Below, one piece after another: positions 17,711 to 26,850 of a DNA stretch of 64,000 nucleotides (the first letter of the stretch is position 1; each line of letters opens with the position of its first letter). The stretch is taken from positions 147,118 to 211,117 of the IMG/VR virus record IMGVR_UViG_3300009104_001827; one strand, given 5' to 3'. Both the position numbers and the translations under genes were made by a program. Under the pieces are notes generated by a model, which saw nothing but the letters and a program-made list of their open reading frames with translations, was not told the DNA's origin and made no database searches.

Positions 17711-18348
17711 AAGAATCGCTATTAAGATTTAAAGACAAACAGAAATATCTTATTTTTGATTATGAAACCTGCAACCTCAACCTCATGTCAAAAGATAATA
17801 AACCTTGGCAGCTTGCATTTCTTTTAGTTCAGGGCAATAAAATATTAGACAAAGCCGACTACATACTCTCTTGGCCAGACATCAACGTCTCTAAAGACGC
17901 AGCCAGAATAACAGGCTTTTCCTACGCCAAGTATAATAAGAGAAAAAGCTGCCCGCTGAAGGCGTTAGATCACTTCGAAAAATATTTATACGATAAAAAA
18001 ATCCTAACCGTCGGACACAACATACTCGGATTCGACTTATATATCCACAATATCCACCGCAAGCTTTGCGGGAAAACCTCCGACTACTCATATATAGAAA
18101 ATACGCTAGACACCGTGTGCCTTGGGAGGGCTATTAAAGCGGGTATAAAGAGGCAGAAGGGGACAGACCTACTATCGTGGCAGTATAGGCTATTAAACCA
18201 CCGCCAAAAAGGCCTGAAGGTAACACTAAAGCAATGCTGCAAGGACTACGGAATAAACTACAATCCGGAAAAATTGCATGATGCGCTTTACGACATAGAG
18301 AAAAACAACGAAGTATTTCAAAAAATGCTATGGGAGGTGGAGGTATGA
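17707..18348 (+). CDS. dnaQ: DEDDh 3'-5' proofreading exonuclease (epsilon-like)
   Basis: ExoI IFDYET, ExoII GHNILGFD, ExoIII HDALYD. Confidence 0.85.
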   Translation: MKESLLRFKDKQKYLIFDYETCNLNLMSKDNKPWQLAFLLVQGNKILDKADYILSWPDINVSKDAARITGFSYAKYNKRKSCPLKALDHFEKYLYDKKILTVGHNILGFDLYIHNIHRKLCGKTSDYSYIENTLDTVCLGRAIKAGIKRQKGTDLLSWQYRLLNHRQKGLKVTLKQCCKDYGINYNPEKLHDALYDIEKNNEVFQKMLWEVEV

Positions 18349-20900
18349 TATCCAACTTCAAAAAATACAAAGACTGCATGCCCCCAGGTGTACTGCTTCC
18401 GAATATTAAGATCAATAAGAAATATTACGACGAGCTCGAAATCCCGAGCGATTCATCCAATTTCGACTTCCTTAGACACTTATGCCTAAAGGGAGTAAAA
18501 GAAAAAAATATTAACAAGAAAAACGATGACGAAAAGCAGACCTATTATTCTAGAGCAAAAATGGAACTCAAAATCCTTGACGAGCTTGGGTTTATCGACT
18601 ACATTTTACTTAACTGGGATATTCTTGAGTATTGTCATAATAACAATATTCCTACTGGGCCTGGCCGTGGCTCGGCGGCTGGCTCGCTTGTTCTATATCT
18701 GATAGGCGTAACAAAAATAGATCCGGTAGAACATAATCTCTTTTTTGAGAGATTTGTCTCTAAAAGCAGGGCAAAATCCACAGAACATAAGGGAGTAAAA
18801 TACCTTGACGGAGGACTACTGGCGGATATTGACAATGATATAGCCTACGAGCATAGGCAAGAAGTAATAAAATACATCGAGGGAAAACACCCAAATAGCA
18901 CTGCAAAGATATTAACTTTAAATACGCTTAGCAGCAAACTCTGCCTTAGGGAATGCGGGAAAATAGTAGGAGAATTAGACGAGCAGGAAATTTCACTAAT
19001 TACGGACGAGATTCCTAAGCAATTTGGCAAAGTAGACCCTCTTAGCGATTCCTATAATAAAAGCGAAAAAATTAAGGAATGGGCCGACGCCAATCCGCGC
19101 ATATTCGGTGTTGCGAAAAAACTTGAAAACCTGAACAAGAACACGGGAGTTCATCCCTCCGGCATCGCAATTGCCGCAGAAAATATCTCAAACATATGCC
19201 CAATACAAAAGACGAAAGACGGAAGCCTTATTACCGGGTACGATATGAATTGGGTTTCAGAATTAATGGTTAAATTCGACATACTCGGACTTCGAACATT
19301 AAGCGTTATCAATACGACCTGCAAGCGAGTGGGCATATCGGCTGAGGACATAGACATAAATGACGAAGGGGTCTATCTCCCGTTGCAAGACCTTCGCCAC
19401 CCTCATGGGCTTTTCCAAATTGAGGCAGATACAGACTATAAGGTTTGCAAGAAAATTCAGCCCAAAAATATAGAAGAGCTGAGCGCAGTACTGGCAATCG
19501 CTCGCCCAGGTGCATTGGACTTCTTAGATAATTATCACAATCACGTTTCCACGGGCAACTTCCAAAGCATACATCCCTTCTTCGACGACATCCTCTCGCA
19601 CACCGGCGGCATCCCACTGTATCAGGAGCAGTTAATGCAAATGGCCGTAAAGGTTGGATTCACGCTTGACGAATCGGAGCAAATAAGAAGAATAGTGGGT
19701 AAAAAGAAAATCAAAGAAATGCCGATATGGAAAGAAAAAATTAAAGATAAAATATCCGAAAACGGAGTTGATAAAGAAGCCGGAGACGTCCTATGGAGAG
19801 TGGCAGAAGATAGCGCAAACTATTCGTTCAACAAGAGTCACTCAATCGCATACTCCACTCTATCAGCCTGGACAACATATCTAAAATTCAAACACCCCCA
19901 ACAGTTCTTCTTGTCATTGCTTCAGATGACTAGATTTGAGCCCTGCCCTCAAGACGAGATTGGCAAAATCAGTCAAGAGCTATCTTCTTTTGGCATTAAA
20001 CTATTGCCTCCAAATTTGGCAAAGTCAAAAATGGACTTCTCGATAGAGGGTCCAGATATACGCTATGGATTAAATAGCATTAAGGGAATTAGCGAAAAGT
20101 CGCTTAAGTCTTTAATGGAATTCAGAAAAGAGAGCGGAACCTCAAAATATGACATGTTCATGTCTGCCAAGCAGGCCGGACTGAATATAGGTACGGTTTG
20201 CGCCCTCATCCAGGCCGGAGCTCTCTCCAATTACAACGGCAGCAGGCCGCTGCTAGTATTGGAGGCTCAAGTATTCAACTCCCTGACAGAGAGGGAGAAA
20301 AGAAACTTTGTCGAACTAGGCCCAAAGTTTGAGTATAGATTGCTAGATTCTATAGTCCACGCAAGAGACAACGATCTTGTCGGGGACGACGGGAGACCCC
20401 TCTTTAAGGAGTCTAGATTTCAGACCTTCAAGAAAAAGTACGAGCCCTATAAGCAAATTTACATAAAAAATAGCAAGTCTCAGAGTTTCGCAGACTGGTA
20501 TTTTGAGAATCAGCTATTAGGATATTCTTATAGCCAAAACCTAAGGTCTGTATTCTCAAGAAAACCTGAAACATTTGTAAATTATAGCGACTACGAATTA
20601 ATGGGCAAGAATTCCGCAGGAAGAATTATAGGGATGGTGCAGGATTCTTTTGTGAGGACCAGTAGAAGCGGAAATAAGTATATGAAAATTGAAATTGCAG
20701 ACGAGAGAGGAGTATTTCAATGCATGCTATGCAATAGTCGAAGAGGTAACAGGCTGGACGAATTCTTGGAAGACAACGACGTTCCAGATAAAAACAGTAT
20801 AGTAATTGCCTATGGCTCCAAAGGGGAAGACGCCTTCTTTCTGGAAGACATGAAAATTATGGATGAGCAAATTTACATGAAGCTCGCAGACCTCAAATAG
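18345..20900 (+). CDS. dnaE: DNA polymerase III alpha catalytic part (no PHP domain)
   Basis: GPGRGSAAGSLV, LFFERF, DIDND, KFDILGL, YQEQLM, YSFNKSHS, C-terminal OB fold; SD GGAGGT before ATG 18345. Confidence 0.95.
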   Translation: MISNFKKYKDCMPPGVLLPNIKINKKYYDELEIPSDSSNFDFLRHLCLKGVKEKNINKKNDDEKQTYYSRAKMELKILDELGFIDYILLNWDILEYCHNNNIPTGPGRGSAAGSLVLYLIGVTKIDPVEHNLFFERFVSKSRAKSTEHKGVKYLDGGLLADIDNDIAYEHRQEVIKYIEGKHPNSTAKILTLNTLSSKLCLRECGKIVGELDEQEISLITDEIPKQFGKVDPLSDSYNKSEKIKEWADANPRIFGVAKKLENLNKNTGVHPSGIAIAAENISNICPIQKTKDGSLITGYDMNWVSELMVKFDILGLRTLSVINTTCKRVGISAEDIDINDEGVYLPLQDLRHPHGLFQIEADTDYKVCKKIQPKNIEELSAVLAIARPGALDFLDNYHNHVSTGNFQSIHPFFDDILSHTGGIPLYQEQLMQMAVKVGFTLDESEQIRRIVGKKKIKEMPIWKEKIKDKISENGVDKEAGDVLWRVAEDSANYSFNKSHSIAYSTLSAWTTYLKFKHPQQFFLSLLQMTRFEPCPQDEIGKISQELSSFGIKLLPPNLAKSKMDFSIEGPDIRYGLNSIKGISEKSLKSLMEFRKESGTSKYDMFMSAKQAGLNIGTVCALIQAGALSNYNGSRPLLVLEAQVFNSLTEREKRNFVELGPKFEYRLLDSIVHARDNDLVGDDGRPLFKESRFQTFKKKYEPYKQIYIKNSKSQSFADWYFENQLLGYSYSQNLRSVFSRKPETFVNYSDYELMGKNSAGRIIGMVQDSFVRTSRSGNKYMKIEIADERGVFQCMLCNSRRGNRLDEFLEDNDVPDKNSIVIAYGSKGEDAFFLEDMKIMDEQIYMKLADLK

Positions 20901-20904
20901 TGTA
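20900..20904 (+). promoter_or_regulatory. GTGTA motif
   Basis: GTGTAAGTTATC-ATG(20912). Confidence 0.55.
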
Positions 20905-20911
20905 AGTTATC

Positions 20912-23440
20912 ATGATGGAGCACAAACCAAACTTTACCCCCAGAGCGCAGAGGGCAATAGAAATATCAAAAAAAACCGCCAAAGACATGGGCTCGAAGAC
21001 CGTTGCGCTCGAGCATCTTTTCCTGGGCATACTGCACCTCAAAGCAGGAGTAATCCACGAAGTGCTCTTGGGAGTGGGAATCAGCCCTGCTAATCTTATT
21101 ACTGCCATTTCCAATAGAATAAAGGAAGAGGCAGTCTTCCACGCCTCTGAAGACACTCCCGAATTTGATCCAAAATTCAAGCAGGTACTAGAAATAGCTG
21201 CACTAATTAGCAAAAATTTTGGGCATGATTATGTAGGGATAGAGCACATGCTTTTAGCAATGCTAAAATATGACGGTTCTCCGATTAATGAGTATTTCAA
21301 ACTCCTCGACATACCCGAAGATCTGATTATTGAACAAATTAAAAACTATTTTCAGCTTACAGTGCCGGAGGTCCCGATCATAGGAGGGTTCCACCCTTTC
21401 TTTATAAATCCCCAAGGAAACCCCCAGAACCAAGCAGGGGCAGAGCCCTCCCAGAGTAAGCCCCGGCGCCAAACGATGATCGATAAGTACGGGGTTAATT
21501 ATGTGGAAATGGCGGCAGATAATAAATTTGACGAAATAATAGGAAAAGAATCCGAAATCCTGGAGGTATGTGAAATTTTATGCAGGAGAATAAAAAACAA
21601 CCCAGTACTCCTGGGAGACCCTGGCGTTGGGAAGACTGCAATCGTAGAGGGCCTCGCGCAGTCTATAGTAAAAAGCTCCGCACCAGAACACCTGCTTGAT
21701 AAGCAGATATACGGGATAGATCTAGCCTCTATGATTGCGGGAACCAAATACAGGGGGCAATTTGAAGAAAGGCTCAAAGGAATGCTTGAAGAAGCGATAG
21801 AAGACGATAGGATAATTTTATTCATTGACGAGCTGCACACCTTAGTCGGCGCTGGCAGCGCAGAAGGAACAATGGATGCGGCAAACATATTAAAACCCCT
21901 CCTTTCAAAAGGAGCCATAAGATGCATTGGAGCGACAACAAACAAAGAATACAAAAAAAGCATACTTAAAGACGGTGCGCTTGATCGAAGATTTCAGCCC
22001 GTAACATGCAGGCAACCAAGCGAAAAGGAAACCCTAGAGATACTTAAGGGGGTAAAACATAAATATGAGGAATTCCATTACGTAGACTACGACCAAGAGT
22101 GCCTTAAGCTCATAGTAGATTTGGCAGCAAGATACATTCCGTCAAAGCAATTCCCTGACAAAGCGCTAGACATATTAGATCAAGTAGGCGCAAAAGTAAA
22201 AATAAAATCTTTTGTCCGGCCTAAGAAAAGCAAGGCAATGGAGCTAGAACTGGAAGACCTCATGAGAGAAGAAGATATCCTACGAGGTCAAGGAATAGAT
22301 TGCTCAGGAGTAAACAAAAAACAAGAAGACCTTCTAGAAAAATACTCAAAGTCCCTGCAGAACTGGGCAAACAAAAACTTTAAAAACAGAAAACGAATAA
22401 GGCCTCAGGATATTTACAGAACCGTCTCCCAACTCACCAACGTGCCCATGGCAGAACTCTCAAGGACTGACGCCCAGAGATTTCTCAACCTTGAAGATAA
22501 AATGAAATCAAAGATTATTGGGCAAGACCATGCGGTCGCGACAATCTGCAAAGCAATACTACGCTCAAAATCTGGACTCAGAAATGAGAGCAAACCAATC
22601 GGCAGCTTTCTGCTTCTAGGTCAGACCGGTTTGGGTAAAACCTATACCGCAAAAACGATAGCCTCATCCCTTTTTGGGAGTAGTTCTGAAATAATTGCGG
22701 TAGACATGAGCGAGTATTCTGAAAAAATTTCCAGCACAAGACTATCGGGCGCTGCACCAGGCTACGTTGGCTACGAAGAGGGTTCCGCGCTAATAGACAA
22801 AATCACAAAAAACCCATATAGCGTAGTATTATTTGATGAAATAGAAAAGGCACACCCAGACGTAATCCAGTCTCTACTACAGGTCCTCGAGGAGGGTAGA
22901 TTAACAGACGGACTAGGAAGGGTTGGCGATTTTACAAATAGCATAATTATCCTAACAGGCAACATAGGCTCGGAAATTGCCGGACAGGGCGGTAGTATGG
23001 GATTCGCAGCAGCAGAAGACCAGCATTCTATTATTGTTGACAAAATTACCGAAAAGGCGAGCCAAGCACTTAGGCCAGAGTTTGTAAACAGGATAACAGA
23101 AGTTATAGTTTTTAATTCATTTAGTAAAGAAGATTTTTCCAAGATATTAAACTTAGAGCTCAAACCATTAAGGAAGAAACTCAAGGAAAGAGACATATCC
23201 CTACGCATAGGAAAGAATCTAAGAAGTTCAATTATAGAGAAAACTCAAGATTCAAACTATGGCGCCAGGCCTGTAGCAAGAATAATTCAAAAAGAAATAG
23301 AGGACGAACTGGCTGAACTCCTAATTAACGGGAAGCTCAAAGACGGCGAAAAAATCTCTTTCACTGGGTCCGTCGGAGAAGTAAGTTATTCCATTACGGC
23401 AAAACCGGCTTCTGAGGATCAAACGCCTCCTCTTCCTTAA
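20912..23440 (+). CDS. clpC: ClpC-type AAA+ unfoldase
   Basis: Two Clp-N repeats (EHLFLG, EHMLLA), NBD1 GDPGVGKT/FIDE, NBD2 GQTGLGKT/LFDEIEKAH, and a ClpP-docking-type loop GSMGF. Confidence 0.9.
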   Translation: MMEHKPNFTPRAQRAIEISKKTAKDMGSKTVALEHLFLGILHLKAGVIHEVLLGVGISPANLITAISNRIKEEAVFHASEDTPEFDPKFKQVLEIAALISKNFGHDYVGIEHMLLAMLKYDGSPINEYFKLLDIPEDLIIEQIKNYFQLTVPEVPIIGGFHPFFINPQGNPQNQAGAEPSQSKPRRQTMIDKYGVNYVEMAADNKFDEIIGKESEILEVCEILCRRIKNNPVLLGDPGVGKTAIVEGLAQSIVKSSAPEHLLDKQIYGIDLASMIAGTKYRGQFEERLKGMLEEAIEDDRIILFIDELHTLVGAGSAEGTMDAANILKPLLSKGAIRCIGATTNKEYKKSILKDGALDRRFQPVTCRQPSEKETLEILKGVKHKYEEFHYVDYDQECLKLIVDLAARYIPSKQFPDKALDILDQVGAKVKIKSFVRPKKSKAMELELEDLMREEDILRGQGIDCSGVNKKQEDLLEKYSKSLQNWANKNFKNRKRIRPQDIYRTVSQLTNVPMAELSRTDAQRFLNLEDKMKSKIIGQDHAVATICKAILRSKSGLRNESKPIGSFLLLGQTGLGKTYTAKTIASSLFGSSSEIIAVDMSEYSEKISSTRLSGAAPGYVGYEEGSALIDKITKNPYSVVLFDEIEKAHPDVIQSLLQVLEEGRLTDGLGRVGDFTNSIIILTGNIGSEIAGQGGSMGFAAAEDQHSIIVDKITEKASQALRPEFVNRITEVIVFNSFSKEDFSKILNLELKPLRKKLKERDISLRIGKNLRSSIIEKTQDSNYGARPVARIIQKEIEDELAELLINGKLKDGEKISFTGSVGEVSYSITAKPASEDQTPPLP

Positions 23441-23939
23441 CCATAGGATCTTCAAATTTTTCCCCAGGATTCTCGGTGGCCTCTTCCGGGGCGTCGTTAA
23501 AGATTAACATGCACGCCATAAATCTATCGCTCTGCTCGGGGTATCTCTGCTTCATGTTTGGGTCCGTTATACATCTCCCCATAAATCCGTCGCCGGATTC
23601 TCCCTCAGATGGGGTGGGGTATCGCTTGTCTTCATTAGATAAAAAGTTATTCTTGTCCTTTTGCTCCTCTTCGTCTGTTGACGGCAACTCTGGAGCTGGC
23701 GCAGAGGGGTAGAGCTTTTCGTACTCTACGAACTTAAAGGCCTCTTCTATCTGGTCATAAGAAGTCATGATCCTTTGTTGCACCCAGTCTTCCAAAACAT
23801 CGCCATCCTGCAAGAGCTCAAATAGGCCCTGCGCGCATTTTGCAATTTGATACAACTGAGATTTGTACATCCGAATGGAGTTCGAGTCCTCCGCCTCAGA
23901 CTCCATTCTGGAGAATTTAATATCCTCTAGATCATTCAT
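23394..23939 (-). CDS. Hypothetical acidic protein
   Basis: ORF with two small helical domains, one FMGRCITDPNMKQRYPEQSDRFMAC; preceded by GTGTA. Confidence 0.7.
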   Translation of the reverse strand: MNDLEDIKFSRMESEAEDSNSIRMYKSQLYQIAKCAQGLFELLQDGDVLEDWVQQRIMTSYDQIEEAFKFVEYEKLYPSAPAPELPSTDEEEQKDKNNFLSNEDKRYPTPSEGESGDGFMGRCITDPNMKQRYPEQSDRFMACMLIFNDAPEEATENPGEKFEDPMVKEEEAFDPQKPVLP

Positions 23940-23949
23940 CCTATTTAAT

Positions 23950-23954
23950 TACAC
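23950..23954 (-). promoter_or_regulatory. GTGTA motif
   Basis: Minus strand GTGTAATTAAATAGG-ATG(23939). Confidence 0.55.
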
Positions 23955-23961
23955 CAAAAAA

Positions 23962-24423
23962 TTAAGCCGGAGCGTCATCGCCTGAAATTTGTCCAGGCCT
24001 CGCGGCATACATATTATAACTATGTACCAGTGCATCCAGTTTTTGCTGAGTGTGAGAAATTAAGCTTCTGTAGTTTTTTGCTATTTCGCTTTTATTTGTG
24101 CGGGTGATAACCGAATCCCCTTCTCTGATAGTATGGAAATCCAACTCCCCTTGAGATCCATCAACAAGCCTAAGCACATTCCTGCTCTGTCGCCTATAGT
24201 ATTGAAGCAAATACATTTCCCTAAGGATAGATTTTTCCTCCTGAAGAATAAGAGATAAATCCGTTAACTCGAAATTTGTATTTATGAGGGTGTTGAGCTC
24301 CCCCAAGTGAGCCTCAAGCCATGCAGTAATTAATGCTATTTCCGCTGCACGTTCTTCCGCAGACTCCGAGAAACATAATTCCGAGTCATAAATTTGCGTT
24401 GCCAGATCAGATAAAGCGGACAC
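23962..24423 (-). CDS. Putative head-tail adaptor/neck protein
   Basis: Helical 153-aa protein downstream of the capsid gene; TIREGDSVIT hairpin typical of adaptors (positional inference). Confidence 0.45.
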   Translation of the reverse strand: MSALSDLATQIYDSELCFSESAEERAAEIALITAWLEAHLGELNTLINTNFELTDLSLILQEEKSILREMYLLQYYRRQSRNVLRLVDGSQGELDFHTIREGDSVITRTNKSEIAKNYRSLISHTQQKLDALVHSYNMYAARPGQISGDDAPA

Positions 24424-24428
24424 TATGG

Positions 24429-24890
24429 CTATTCCTCCAGAATTTCGATAAGCTTTTTATGCTTGGGGTTATTTGGGTCAAGCTCAAACGGTGGCCCATT
24501 ATCAATTACAACATTTGTGCCAAGATTCTCAGACTTAAAAGCCTTTGTGAGTTTGTTTTTCAAGATTGTCCTATTCCCCGAAGGAAAAACCCCTGCGCGC
24601 ACAGCAACCTCCTGGAGTTCGGTCAGACTCATTCCCGCCATATTCTCCTCAAATATCCTGGCGTCATTCGTTCCGTACGGATTGCTCTTTCTTACCTCCA
24701 GAATCTCCTCTAGCTTTTTAACGTACTCTAAGTTCTGCTCGTACGTTTTTCCTGTGGTTTGATTTAAATCTTTTAATTCCGGCTTCCTGGCGGCCTTGGC
24801 GGCCTTAGCTCGCTTAGCTGGCTTAACCCCTCGGGCGGGCTTACCCTTACTAGAGGCAGCTCTCTTCTTGTTTGTTTTTTTAGTACTCAT
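24429..24890 (-). CDS. Hypothetical protein with Lys/Ala-rich N-terminus
   Basis: ORF; basic low-complexity N-terminus; MSLTELQEVAVRAGV helix pair. Confidence 0.7.
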   Translation of the reverse strand: MSTKKTNKKRAASSKGKPARGVKPAKRAKAAKAARKPELKDLNQTTGKTYEQNLEYVKKLEEILEVRKSNPYGTNDARIFEENMAGMSLTELQEVAVRAGVFPSGNRTILKNKLTKAFKSENLGTNVVIDNGPPFELDPNNPKHKKLIEILEE

Positions 24891-24915
24891 ACTTCCTTAT
24901 ACCTTTCTTAGGAGA

Positions 24916-24920
24916 TACAC
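24916..24920 (-). promoter_or_regulatory. GTGTA motif
   Basis: Minus strand, just after the capsid terminator and 25 nt before ATG 24890. Confidence 0.5.
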
Positions 24921-24940
24921 ATATATATGGTGTGCGTGAA

Positions 24941-24978
24941 AAACAAAAAAATCCACCCATAAGGTGGATTTTTTGTTT
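24941..24978 (-). terminator. Rho-independent terminator after the major capsid gene (bidirectional form)
   Basis: aaacaaaaaaatccacc-cataa-ggtggattttttgttt inverted repeat. Confidence 0.85.
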
Positions 24979-24999
24979 AAAAACTAAGGTTTTAAAGCC

Positions 25000-26181
25000 T
25001 TATACAATTATGCCTGTGAGAACCTTGTCGTCAAGGATCATGCGACCCTCTTCGATAGCGCCATAGTAACCAATCTTTTGTGATCGGGATACCCATTGGT
25101 CGTCAACGACGAGATCGAACTCAGAACCACTTTCCGCGTCGGTTGCGACAGCGCGAAGCATGGATTCCTTGGATAGATCGATACCGAGGCAGATTTCCTC
25201 TTTGTCTCCGTCGAACGTTTCGTCGGTGGCGTTTTTAACATCAGCATCGCCGACTCCGCCATCGCCGTGCTTGTCCCAGTCCTTATCGCCAGAAGCAGTG
25301 TCAAACACTGTGTTCCACTTTTGCTCCTTACCCATTTCGTTGATTTCCATGATGGAAACACCATAGAACTCAGGAATGCCAGCGGAATTAAAGATCTTAT
25401 CTCTAAAGCTGTCGGTTCCAGCAATGTCTCCGCCGCCCGCGATTTTACCGCCGCCGCCATCAGAATGAGTTACATTACTTCTTGTGTTAATTGGGTTATA
25501 AGCCAATCCACGCAGTTCCTCAACGATTTCGGGAGAAACGATGAGGTCAGTAACCCCACGACCCCTGCGGTCGGCAGGAGTGCCTTTCGTCCACGAAGTG
25601 TTAATTCTCTTAGCGAGAGTAAACAGTTTGTTAAGGTCTGCCAAAAGGAAGCGATCCTTCGAATGCGACCGGAAGACATGCTTCAGTCCATTCGTTTCGG
25701 CATTGGCCAAGGCAGTCATAATCATAACCGCAGAAGTCTTCTCTTGCTTGAGAAGGATTTCCTGGGCAATTCTTGTAAATGTCTTACTAACGACATCAAG
25801 CCTGGAACGTTGAGCGAATCTCTTGTCAAAAGAAACCGCACTATCCAAACGATAGGTCGTAAATTTCATTTCCTGTTGGACAGGAGCCACGTGATTGGTC
25901 GGAAGGCCGCCAGGGGAGTTTTGACTCCAGATCTGGATGTAGTCTTCGTCTGTAATATCGTGGTAAAGGTCCAACGGAATACTAGCGTTGTCTTCAGAAC
26001 CAAACTGAAGAGAGCTAAATAGGTTGCTCAGCGTAGGAGCCGTGTTAACGACTTCGGCCAAAAGAGGTCCGATGAAATCGCCGAGGGCCGCTTGGGCTTC
26101 ATAAGCTACATCGCGGTTCTTGGAAGCCATAGCTTTAATAAGCTCGACTTGCTCTGGAGTTCTTTCGATTTTTATTTCCAT
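25000..26181 (-). CDS. Major capsid protein (HK97-fold expected)
   Basis: 393 aa, strong SD (GAGGAG), followed by a terminator, last of the protease-decoration-capsid series; DLIVSPE and FYGVSIMEI motifs. Confidence 0.75.
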   Translation of the reverse strand: MEIKIERTPEQVELIKAMASKNRDVAYEAQAALGDFIGPLLAEVVNTAPTLSNLFSSLQFGSEDNASIPLDLYHDITDEDYIQIWSQNSPGGLPTNHVAPVQQEMKFTTYRLDSAVSFDKRFAQRSRLDVVSKTFTRIAQEILLKQEKTSAVMIMTALANAETNGLKHVFRSHSKDRFLLADLNKLFTLAKRINTSWTKGTPADRRGRGVTDLIVSPEIVEELRGLAYNPINTRSNVTHSDGGGGKIAGGGDIAGTDSFRDKIFNSAGIPEFYGVSIMEINEMGKEQKWNTVFDTASGDKDWDKHGDGGVGDADVKNATDETFDGDKEEICLGIDLSKESMLRAVATDAESGSEFDLVVDDQWVSRSQKIGYYGAIEEGRMILDDKVLTGIIV

Positions 26182-26199
26182 GTTGTTATTCTCCTCAAG

Positions 26200-26832
26200 T
26201 TAGAAAGAAATCTTGCAAAGCCACTTGGTTCCGTCCTCATTCTTGGCGATAATTCTGCCAACGTCACCCGCTGCGGCATCGTCGACCTTAAATAGGCCTT
26301 CCTTGCCAGCACCACCAACGGTAAGTCCCTTTCCAACTCCACCATCTCCATCTAGGGCGTCGTTCGTGAGAAGGACCATGCCTCTAGTTAGAATGGGAAC
26401 AGTTTGTCCAGGAAGTACGCATTGAAGTTCGTCTTTCTTTACGGGATAACGAAGAAGATTTTCTCCGTTTTCGTCGTAAGCCAATGTTTCCTTAAGTGTG
26501 ATACCTAAAGCGGGGTTGCCCGCTGCAGATGATGCCTTAACGACATTCATATCATTCACTGGATACGCGTTATAACCAACATAGGCGCTCGAAGGTTCGT
26601 TGCCTAAGTATGCTCTAAACGGAGCTCCAGTACTCGCTAGGCCAGAGGGGAGATCACCTGGTAACTGGGCGTTATCTTCCGCCGCAACCACAACTCCCGA
26701 GTCCCAGTCTTTATCGGCAGTACCTCCTGGCACCAACGCTTGAAAGTTGGCCAGTCCGTCTACCTTCAACGAAAAGAGGTTAATAACCTCGTGCTCGCTA
26801 TAATCTCTGAATGGTTCTAATCTTTTTGCCAT
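26200..26832 (-). CDS. Head decoration/cement protein
   Basis: Between scaffold and capsid; LGITL...PGQTVPILTRG beta-rich pattern; SD GAGG. Confidence 0.6.
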   Translation of the reverse strand: MAKRLEPFRDYSEHEVINLFSLKVDGLANFQALVPGGTADKDWDSGVVVAAEDNAQLPGDLPSGLASTGAPFRAYLGNEPSSAYVGYNAYPVNDMNVVKASSAAGNPALGITLKETLAYDENGENLLRYPVKKDELQCVLPGQTVPILTRGMVLLTNDALDGDGGVGKGLTVGGAGKEGLFKVDDAAAGDVGRIIAKNEDGTKWLCKISF

Positions 26833-26850
26833 TATTTTATTCCTCTAAAA

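Noticed and set aside
9601-18395. GTGTA occurrences inside coding regions (e.g. near 9602, 9850, 11785, 13873, 18388)
   Set aside because: They are not near start codons and are expected by chance for a 5-mer; not counted as promoters.
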